From a virus, in the IMG/VR virus record IMGVR_UViG_3300045988_057866: a DNA stretch of 58,147 bases; one strand, 5' to 3'. The position numbers and the translations under genes were made by a program. Numbering within the stretch: position 1 is the first letter of the stretch; the number at the start of each line of letters is the position of its first letter. This document shows positions 52,182 to 58,147 of the stretch, piece by piece. Under the pieces are notes generated by a model that was given only the letters and a program-made list of their open reading frames with translations, was not told the origin of the DNA and did no database searches.

Positions 52182-52751
52182 CAGGAAACAGGAGGAGAGA
52201 ATATGCAGGTAACAATCAAAACCCCATTCGGGGAAATGAGCTTTAATATGACGCAGGACAAGGCCAATGACCTTATGAAGAAAGCACTGGACTACGCAAC
52301 CGGGCAGGAGGAGAAAGAGGAAACACCCGCCAGACCTGCCAGCGTACCGCAGGAGCCGCCGAAAACTATCAAGCCAAAGGATAAGCCACGCAGCAGAGTT
52401 GAGAGCCTTTTCGGGGATTTCAGAGGCGCAGGCGTAGCACAGGAAGAAAAGGAAGAACCGGAGGAGCCGGAGGAGTACAGAGGGTTTTTGCTTATTAAGT
52501 GCCAGCATTGTGGAAAGGTCAAAGGATTTTGCAGCAAAACCCCGATGTCAAAGTACACCTGTGAGAGCTGTGGAAAGGTTACGCCGCTGCATGGCCTTAA
52601 AATGGCCCATTTACATTGCAAATGCGGGAGTTACTGGAAGTACAAGACCAACATCACCGACGAAACATTTGACTACAACTGTTTGAACTGCGGAAACCCG
52701 GTAAGCATGCAGTTGAACAACCGCAGAAACACATACGTCACAATCGAGTAA
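51945..52751 (+). CDS. ORF as a gene caller would report it: truncated MazF-like region fused in frame to a zinc-ribbon protein (internal RBS and ATG at 52203)
   Basis: The first canonical start is GTG at 51945, inside the MazF-like domain. GGAGG at 52191-52195 plus ATG at 52203 suggest an independent start for the C-terminal part, which has CQHCGK...CESCGK...CKCG...CLNCGN motifs. Confidence 0.5.
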   Translation: MSNNTGNHHAPVVEVVYLTTKRKTTIPTHVYINSARRPSIALCEQIVTVCKSRLKEHIGSVSVAEMRKIDRALQTSLGIQETGGENMQVTIKTPFGEMSFNMTQDKANDLMKKALDYATGQEEKEETPARPASVPQEPPKTIKPKDKPRSRVESLFGDFRGAGVAQEEKEEPEEPEEYRGFLLIKCQHCGKVKGFCSKTPMSKYTCESCGKVTPLHGLKMAHLHCKCGSYWKYKTNITDETFDYNCLNCGNPVSMQLNNRRNTYVTIE

Positions 52752-52764
52752 GGAGGGCGGCGGA

Positions 52765-53445
52765 ATGATATTCAGAAAGATTTGCAATGACACCAGTACC
52801 ATGAGCGCAACCGAGCTGGCCCATAATTTTGTTTTCGTGAAGAACAGGGAAGCGTGGTACAGGGATTTTGACCGTGAAATCCCTGTAAGAGACCTTATGA
52901 GAGAGATTTGTGCGAAACACGCAGCACCGGCGGACGCAGACGAACTCACAGACGAGGAGCTGGACGAAATTCTTTACGATAACCTGCAGTTCGGTACAGA
53001 CGACCTTGAGGGCGTATTCGCATTACTGTATATGGCCCTTTTTGGAATGGCAGATGCGAGGGCGTGGCTGGAAAGATACGAGACCACGGGCCTGCCGACC
53101 ACGAACCGCCCGGAGGTATTGCAGGAGTGTGTAAACACCTACGGAGCAGAGGCACAAGTGGATATGGCGGTAGAAGAAATGAGCGAGCTTACAAAGGCAT
53201 TGCTCAAGTACCGTCGCAAAGAAGCACAGGGCAGCAAAGACCTCGAAGCAGCGAGAGAGAACATTCTTGAGGAGGTGGCGGACGTTATCATCATGCTTAC
53301 CCAGCTTATTATGATTTACGGAGGCAGAGACCTTGTGCAGGAGACCATAGAAAACAAAGTAGACCGACAGATAAAGAGACTTGCGAATACCGAGGGAGAA
53401 ACCGGCTCGGAAGTAGCGCAGGAGGTATTGCAGCCAGCGACATAA
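52765..53445 (+). CDS. MazG-like nucleotide pyrophosphohydrolase domain protein with an unknown N-terminal domain
   Basis: The C-terminal half has the paired acidic helices VEEMSELTKALLKYRR and ILEEVADVIIML typical of all-alpha MazG-type NTP-PPases. Confidence 0.65.
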   Translation: MIFRKICNDTSTMSATELAHNFVFVKNREAWYRDFDREIPVRDLMREICAKHAAPADADELTDEELDEILYDNLQFGTDDLEGVFALLYMALFGMADARAWLERYETTGLPTTNRPEVLQECVNTYGAEAQVDMAVEEMSELTKALLKYRRKEAQGSKDLEAARENILEEVADVIIMLTQLIMIYGGRDLVQETIENKVDRQIKRLANTEGETGSEVAQEVLQPAT

Positions 53446-53457
53446 AGGAGGTGTAGC

Positions 53458-53691
53458 ATGGTAGTGGTTTACATTTTGGCAGGTATCGGAGGACTTTGCT
53501 TGCTTGGGTTTGTCGGAATGGTTCTTTTGTTCATTTTTTCATCAGCACCAGACCCGGAGGAAGAAAAAAATGACGAGGAAAAGACGTACACCTGTGCGCT
53601 GACGGACTGCAACTGCATTTATGTTGGCGGGCGTGGAAGCTGTATCACTTGCCCAATCAGAGAGGAGGCGGAGAAGATTGGCAACCGATAG
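53458..53691 (+). CDS. Small membrane protein with a Cys-rich tail
   Basis: The TM segment is VVVYILAGIGGLCLLGFVGMVLLFIF, followed by CALTDCNC...CITCP. Confidence 0.5.
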   Translation: MVVVYILAGIGGLCLLGFVGMVLLFIFSSAPDPEEEKNDEEKTYTCALTDCNCIYVGGRGSCITCPIREEAEKIGNR

Positions 53692-53692
53692 A

Positions 53693-53902
53693 ATGGATAA
53701 AAATGCGGAGGGGTACGCCGACCCAACCGCCGGAGGAGCATGGAACAATATTAGAGAAAAGGAACGCCGAAAAGAAGCGGCCCGTATGGCTGTAATCAGT
53801 AACCTTATCCCGATTTTGAAGCAGACTGCGGAGTTGGCCGGGTTCGAGGTTGTAGGGCGTATCGCCCTCAGAGACAAGGCAACCGGGAAAGAATACAGAT
53901 AG
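53693..53902 (+). CDS. Hypothetical small protein
   Basis: ATG at 53693, 69 aa. The ORF-track start at 53621 overlaps the previous gene. Confidence 0.45.
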   Translation: MDKNAEGYADPTAGGAWNNIREKERRKEAARMAVISNLIPILKQTAELAGFEVVGRIALRDKATGKEYR

Positions 53903-53911
53903 GAGTCAGAT

Positions 53912-54535
53912 ATGGGAAATGAGAGCATAGAAGAAATACCACGACACAGGAAGTGCAGATATTATGTTCCCGGAGGTTTTACGGAGTTGGGAAAAAACTA
54001 CTGCGCACCAAACGCAAAGACGCTCGGAGAACAATGGGAGCAGCGGCAGGAGATTAACGTCGAGGATTGCGACAAGTGCGGCCATTACAAATGCAAGTAT
54101 ATCGAATACCCTTTGACGATACAGGAGCTTGAGATAACAGACCCGGAGGCGTGGGGAATAGTATTTGAGCCAGTAAAAGTGAGATTATGCGAGGACAACA
54201 AAACATATTTCGGAATTTTGCTGGGAGAGTTCCCGTGGAAAACACGAGCCTCATTCAACGAGGAGGAGGGAAAACTCAAAATTTCAACAATCACAAACCC
54301 ATGTATTTTGCTACCAAAGCAAAAGAAAGTTGTTTTCGGCTGCGAGAGCTGGTGGAGCAGGATAAAGCCGGGAGAGGATATTTCGGACATAACAGACGAG
54401 GATATAGACAATACGTGGTATGTGAAGTTGTTAAGAGGGCTTGCGAAAAAGGAGGTGTTTGAGAATGGAGCAGCGGAAAGAAATGACAAGAAGTCTCTCG
54501 TTGCTGACGGAAAAACTAATAAATCCACACAATGA
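53912..54535 (+). CDS. Hypothetical protein
   Basis: A 207-aa ORF with an RBS (TAGGAG). Confidence 0.5.
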   Translation: MGNESIEEIPRHRKCRYYVPGGFTELGKNYCAPNAKTLGEQWEQRQEINVEDCDKCGHYKCKYIEYPLTIQELEITDPEAWGIVFEPVKVRLCEDNKTYFGILLGEFPWKTRASFNEEEGKLKISTITNPCILLPKQKKVVFGCESWWSRIKPGEDISDITDEDIDNTWYVKLLRGLAKKEVFENGAAERNDKKSLVADGKTNKSTQ

Positions 54536-54929
54536 CCCTCGGATATATTGGGCGAAAGAGGTTACATTCGATTATTCGAGCAGCCACGCCATACGGGTTG
54601 ACTACATGAAATTCAAGCCCGTCAACAACACGGTTGGAGGGATTGAAAAGGGAGATTTCTACTGTTACGAGGTAAAGTCTTCGATTGAGGATTTTCGTTC
54701 AAAGAACGGCCACAACTTCATAGGCGATTTCAATTATTACATTATGCCGGAGGAGGTTTATGCGGCGGTAAGCTTGGAAATCCCTTATGCGGTTGGGGTA
54801 TATTGCCCGGACGGAGCGGAATTGCACTCGGTCAAGAAAGCCAAAAGGAAAGACCGGGAGCGGCCTGTTTCAGAAATGCTTTTAATGATGTTCCGCTCGG
54901 CAGCAAGGGAAAGGAGACGGGGCGATTGA
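54465..54929 (+). CDS. PD-(D/E)xK nuclease-like protein (MmcB-like)
   Basis: ATG at 54465 follows AAGGAGG. The pattern IRVDYMKF...DFYCYEVKSSIEDF fits a D...E-x-K nuclease core. Confidence 0.4.
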   Translation: MEQRKEMTRSLSLLTEKLINPHNDPRIYWAKEVTFDYSSSHAIRVDYMKFKPVNNTVGGIEKGDFYCYEVKSSIEDFRSKNGHNFIGDFNYYIMPEEVYAAVSLEIPYAVGVYCPDGAELHSVKKAKRKDRERPVSEMLLMMFRSAARERRRGD

Positions 54930-55111
54930 TGAAGAACACTGGAGCCGACAAGCCTTATTACGCCCGGATTGACGCAAGGAAAATCTACGGCAAACGCTTT
55001 TTTGATAGTTTGCCAAAGAGAGAAAAAAGACGCCTCGAAAAAGAAGTTGAGAAAATGTATAGAAAATTCGACGAGGCGATAAAAGAAAAATTTCACAGGA
55101 GGATAACATGA
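54929..55111 (+). CDS. Hypothetical small basic protein
   Basis: ATG at 54929 overlaps the upstream stop. 60 aa. Confidence 0.4.
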   Translation: MKNTGADKPYYARIDARKIYGKRFFDSLPKREKRRLEKEVEKMYRKFDEAIKEKFHRRIT

Positions 55112-55431
55112 ACGTAGTAATTTTAACAGGTAGGCTTACGGCGGATGTTGAGCTGAGATATACCCAGCAGGGAACGCCCTGCACCAACTTCAACCTCGCA
55201 GTAGACAGAGCCAGCAAGGACGATACGGCAGACTTCCCGACAATCGTTGCATGGGATAAGACGGCATTATTCCTCAACGAATACATGAGAAAGGGTAGCA
55301 AGATTGTTGTTCGAGGAGAAATCAGAACCAGAAACTACAATGACAGCGACGGAAAGAGCCGAAAGATAACGGAAGTTGTTGCAGACCGAGTGGAATTTGC
55401 AGACAGCAAAACTCAAGGCCCGTTTGCGTAA
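55108..55431 (+). CDS. ssb: Single-stranded DNA-binding protein (short form)
   Basis: OB-fold SSB pattern: MNVVILTGRLTADVELRYTQQGTPCTNFNLAVDR...IVVRGEIRTRNY...TEVVADRVEF. Confidence 0.85.
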   Translation: MNVVILTGRLTADVELRYTQQGTPCTNFNLAVDRASKDDTADFPTIVAWDKTALFLNEYMRKGSKIVVRGEIRTRNYNDSDGKSRKITEVVADRVEFADSKTQGPFA

Positions 55432-55440
55432 GGAGGCAGC

Positions 55441-55797
55441 ATGGATATATTAGATGTTTGCATAACCGGGATTGTTTCAGAGGAGGAACTCAACCGAGTT
55501 GTGCGTGTGACAATCGACACGGATTGCTGGGGCCAGACAGCCAGAGTGACCGGCGCATTTTTCAAGAACGACTGGGAGAGGTTCAAGCAGCGCAAGAGCT
55601 ACCCGGAAAGCAAGATAATTTCCGAGGGGAGCATACCGTATTTCGAGGGACTTAGTGATGATGAATTTCACACCATGAAGTACGGGGCCAAACTCAGCGA
55701 ATTTTCCGACACGGAGATAGCGGAGGAATTTAACCGACGACTGGATAGCCCGTTTCATAAAATCAAACTGAAAGGGCAGGCATACATCGGAAAGTAG
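55441..55797 (+). CDS. Hypothetical protein
   Basis: A 118-aa ORF with a strong RBS. Confidence 0.5.
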   Translation: MDILDVCITGIVSEEELNRVVRVTIDTDCWGQTARVTGAFFKNDWERFKQRKSYPESKIISEGSIPYFEGLSDDEFHTMKYGAKLSEFSDTEIAEEFNRRLDSPFHKIKLKGQAYIGK

Positions 55798-55808
55798 GGA
55801 GGAGAGAC

Positions 55809-56186
55809 GTGGTATCAGTAAAGGATTTCAAGCCGGGCCAGACAGCCTACATCTTAACCAGAAAGAGAGGCAGAACACAGGAGCATTTTGTTTCACAGTG
55901 TGTTGTCGTATCGGTTGGAAGAAAGTATGTAAAGACAGCCAAGCAGGAAAGTGACATTCGCACATCAGACTTTTACAATGCGAGAGGCGACGACGATTAC
56001 CTCTGCGAGGTCGATTACTGCAACACCGGGCGCAAACTGTTCCCGACGCAGCAGGCAGCTCTTGAGGATATTGAAAGAGATATGCTGAAAAGCTGGATTT
56101 CAAAAGCAACCGACTATTCAAGAATAGATTCATATACGGTACAGCAGCTCAGAAAGGTTAAGGAGATTTTGGAGGGTGGCGCATAA
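55809..56186 (+). CDS. Hypothetical protein
   Basis: GTG start after GGGAGGAGAG. 125 aa. Confidence 0.5.
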   Translation: MVSVKDFKPGQTAYILTRKRGRTQEHFVSQCVVVSVGRKYVKTAKQESDIRTSDFYNARGDDDYLCEVDYCNTGRKLFPTQQAALEDIERDMLKSWISKATDYSRIDSYTVQQLRKVKEILEGGA

Positions 56187-56419
56187 TGGAACATTACAAG
56201 ACAGAACGACGCATATCGGACAGAGAAAAATTATCAGTTCACGGCGTTGATATTTGCAAACTTATCGAAAAGCAGGGAAAGCGGCAGCTCTTTGAGGAAC
56301 TTGCGGACAGCATGGAGTACGGTACACCGTATTGCGTAGTAATCGAAAAGAAAATTTTGAACGACGGACTTTCGAGTACGCTCTTGCTTGACATTAAGTT
56401 CAAAAAAATGGAGGAATAG
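56186..56419 (+). CDS. Hypothetical protein
   Basis: A 77-aa ORF whose start overlaps the upstream stop. Confidence 0.5.
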   Translation: MEHYKTERRISDREKLSVHGVDICKLIEKQGKRQLFEELADSMEYGTPYCVVIEKKILNDGLSSTLLLDIKFKKMEE

Positions 56420-56424
56420 AAAAC

Positions 56425-56721
56425 ATGAGCAAAAAGAGAAACAGAACAGCAGAGGAAAAGGCGATCCACGAGGAAGCGGTGCGCCTTAGAAAAATGACAG
56501 ACCGACAGCTTGTGGAGGAGTTTCATAGAGCGGCGGAGCCGGAAGTAAGCCTCTCGTCCTCTTGCGAGGCGCAGGACGAGGCAGAAGCGGCAGACCCTAA
56601 CCGAGATACATCGACAATAGAAAAGCTGCTCTCTGCGCTTTCAGACGGTGAGTGCAAGGGTATTAAGGGAGCGACAGCCTACAAGATTACGCAGTTTGCG
56701 ACAGAAAAGGGGCTGATTTAA
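56425..56721 (+). CDS. Hypothetical protein
   Basis: A 98-aa ORF with an RBS (GGAGGAA). Confidence 0.5.
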   Translation: MSKKRNRTAEEKAIHEEAVRLRKMTDRQLVEEFHRAAEPEVSLSSSCEAQDEAEAADPNRDTSTIEKLLSALSDGECKGIKGATAYKITQFATEKGLI

Positions 56722-57227
56722 TGGACGAGAGACACTACAAGGCGGTTATGACCGGCAGGAGAAGCAGAGTGGCCGGGGAATATTGGGAGAATATGCTGGA
56801 AGCGGCTTGCAGACACTACCGCCTCCACGAACAGGCAGAAATCACAAAGACCCCGGAACCGATGAAGCCATTAGGCAGACCGAACAGCAGAGGCCAGTTC
56901 CTTGCCTGCTACACCAAACAGGCGCAGCCAGACTACAAAGGAACCCTCAAGGGTGGAAAAGCTATCGTATTTGAGGCCAAGCACACGGACAGCGACAGAA
57001 TGCAGCGCAGCGTGATAAGCGAGGAGCAAGAAAAGCAGCTCAACCGACATGAGAAGCTGGGAGCGGAGTGCTTCGTTATGGTTTCCTTTGGATTTGAGCA
57101 GTATTTCAAGATACCGTGGGCGGTTTTTAGAGATATGAAAGACAACTACGGCAGGAAGTACATAACGCCGGAGGACGTACAGGAGTACAAAATCCGCTAT
57201 GTGGGCGGTGTGCTTCAATTTTTGTAA
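56721..57227 (+). CDS. recU: RecU-like Holliday junction resolvase
   Basis: GEYWENMLEAAC..Y......I.KTPEP...........F......DYKGTLKGGKAIVFEAKHT follows the RecU layout as remembered. 168 aa. Confidence 0.55.
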   Translation: MDERHYKAVMTGRRSRVAGEYWENMLEAACRHYRLHEQAEITKTPEPMKPLGRPNSRGQFLACYTKQAQPDYKGTLKGGKAIVFEAKHTDSDRMQRSVISEEQEKQLNRHEKLGAECFVMVSFGFEQYFKIPWAVFRDMKDNYGRKYITPEDVQEYKIRYVGGVLQFL

Positions 57228-57278
57228 CAGAAAACAGGGAGGCGAACTCCCGGAGAAAATAAAAGGAGGGAGCTATCC

Positions 57279-57932
57279 GTGAAGAAGAAAACAGAGATAC
57301 AGGCACTCATTGAAGCCGCTGTAATGGCGGCAACGGAAGCCTGCATGAAAGGCATTGACGAGAAACTGCAGGCAGCGGTAAACCTCGGAGTGACAATCGG
57401 GGCCGCAGCCGGAGCAGAGGTCGGAGCAGCAGCGGCAGTAAAGGCCGTGGAGAGAGAAAGACAGAAATTCAAGAAGCAGCAGTACGATTATAAGTACCAC
57501 AACACGAAACTGCTGTTGAGAAATTACCGCCGCCTAAATGAGTATTACAAAAACGCCGTATTTAGTACCGACGGCGCAGAGGAGGCGGATGAGAATTTTG
57601 AGGAAATCATGCAGAACATGGGCCGCCCGGCAGACGAGGAGATATTCGTAGAGAGTATTCAGAAGAACTACATCGCCACCAGAATTATTATGACCCATGT
57701 AAATAAAATGCTGGAATGTTACAAGATTATGTGCGAGCGTTCCAGCAGGGCCGACGACGCAAGACATTGGCGAGTGTTGGAGAACCTTTATATCGCAGAG
57801 AACTACACCACAGCGGAGGAAATTGCGAAGCAGGAGAAAATCGACAGGAGAACCGTGTACCGTGACGTGGATATTTGCGCAGCGGATATGACAGCTCTTT
57901 TGTTTGGAATTGGCGGTATAGACCGCTTTTGA
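57279..57932 (+). CDS. ArpU / sigma-70 region-4-like late transcriptional regulator
   Basis: The C-terminal HTH YTTAEEIAKQEKIDRRTVYRDVDICAADMTALLFGI and the LLLRNYRRLNEYY segment support the call. It is the last gene before the packaging/late genes on the circular map. Confidence 0.5.
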   Translation: MKKKTEIQALIEAAVMAATEACMKGIDEKLQAAVNLGVTIGAAAGAEVGAAAAVKAVERERQKFKKQQYDYKYHNTKLLLRNYRRLNEYYKNAVFSTDGAEEADENFEEIMQNMGRPADEEIFVESIQKNYIATRIIMTHVNKMLECYKIMCERSSRADDARHWRVLENLYIAENYTTAEEIAKQEKIDRRTVYRDVDICAADMTALLFGIGGIDRF

Positions 57933-58013
57933 GAGGCGAATGTCACAAAGCCGCCATTGCATTTCCACTATGGAGCTGATAAAATGGTATGCGGTAAAGT
58001 GCGAAAAAGAGAG

Positions 58014-58056
58014 ATACACAGTTTGGCGGAGTTATCCACAGACTGTGTATTTTTTT
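58014..58056 (+). terminator. Rho-independent terminator between the late regulator gene and the late operon
   Basis: ATACACAGT (58014-58022) pairs with ACTGTGTAT (58042-58050) and is followed by TTTTTT. The T-run corresponds to bases 3-8 of the window. Confidence 0.6.
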
Positions 58057-58147
58057 GTGGATAAATGACCCAAAACGGGACGGAAAGGAGTGAGAGCGTG
58101 AATATAAGGACGCTAAAAGCAACAAAATTAAGGGCAGCAGCGTACAA
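58049..58147. repeat. Second copy of the 99-bp terminal repeat
   Basis: It is identical to 1-99 and contains a duplicate of the motif copy and of the ParB-like gene start. Confidence 0.9.

Larger units (their letters stand above)
1..58147. mobile_element. Complete temperate phage genome: contractile tail, PBSX/xkd-like structural gene order, circularly closed contig
   Basis: The window holds a full set of terminase, portal, capsid, sheath, tube, tape measure, baseplate, lysis, integrase, repressor and replication genes. The two ends overlap by 99 identical bases. Confidence 0.85.

Noticed and set aside
58057-58097. Conventional sigma-A late promoter between the terminator and the first late gene
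   Set aside because: Only about 40 nt are available. The best -10-like hexamers (GATAAA / ATAAAT after TGTG) are poor and there is no -35 box, so no promoter was called.
1-58147. Possibility of stop-codon reassignment (as in some gut phages)
   Set aside because: TAA, TAG and TGA all terminate well-supported genes immediately before the next RBS and start, and no recognisable protein is interrupted by in-frame stops. The read-through at the MazF-like module is a missing stop, not a recoded one.
1-58147. tRNA, rRNA or CRISPR arrays
   Set aside because: I saw no cloverleaf-like segments and no regularly spaced direct repeats in the intergenic regions (about 6909-7079, 31960-32271, 36803-36922, 37371-37705, 38021-38110). 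A tRNAscan or CRISPR finder run would settle this.

Overview
This window is a complete genome of a temperate, contractile-tailed phage. Bases 1-99 are identical to 58049-58147, so the unit length is about 58,048 bp and the contig closes into a circle. Gene order and protein motifs look like a PBSX/xkd-type myovirus of a Gram-positive (Clostridia-like) host.

Reading from the start, the layout is:
- two ParB-like nuclease genes, a radical-SAM gene and the terminase genes
- portal, head and tail genes, through to the baseplate and fibre genes (about 50-26000, + strand)
- a diversity-generating retroelement (DGR), 26001-29213
- a lysis cassette, 29231-31959
- an early operon of small genes of unknown function, 32272-38020
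- a large serine recombinase and a CI-like repressor on the minus strand, facing a Cro-like gene (38111-40761)
- a replication and recombination module, 40891-57227
- an ArpU/sigma-like late regulator, 57279-57932.

The most notable system is the DGR. It has a C-terminal variable repeat (VR1) in a tail-fibre-module FGE/C-type-lectin-fold protein, an Avd-like gene, a 116-bp template repeat (TR), and a reverse transcriptase with the DGR-type IGxxxSQ and YMDD motifs. A second variable repeat (VR2) lies about 24 kb away, in a paralogous gene inside the early/replication module. TR and VR differences fall almost only on TR adenines: 15 A sites plus one silent non-A site in VR1, and 8 of 8 in VR2. 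Both VRs are followed by a similar GC-rich 8-bp hairpin with a 4-nt loop.

Other observations worth a second look:
- a minus-strand Mrr-like restriction endonuclease gene inserted exactly between the tail-chaperone frameshift product and the tape measure gene, carrying a G10/C10 homopolymer
- a canonical A_AAA_AAC -1 frameshift site in the tail chaperone gene
- a MazF/PemK-like toxin module with no canonical start or stop codon, next to a MazG-like gene
- a single-polypeptide SbcD-SbcC fusion
- a family of three near-identical early promoters
- a recurring ACCCAAAACGGG motif in leader and intergenic regions.

All protein family calls come from motif recognition by eye and memory. No searches were run.
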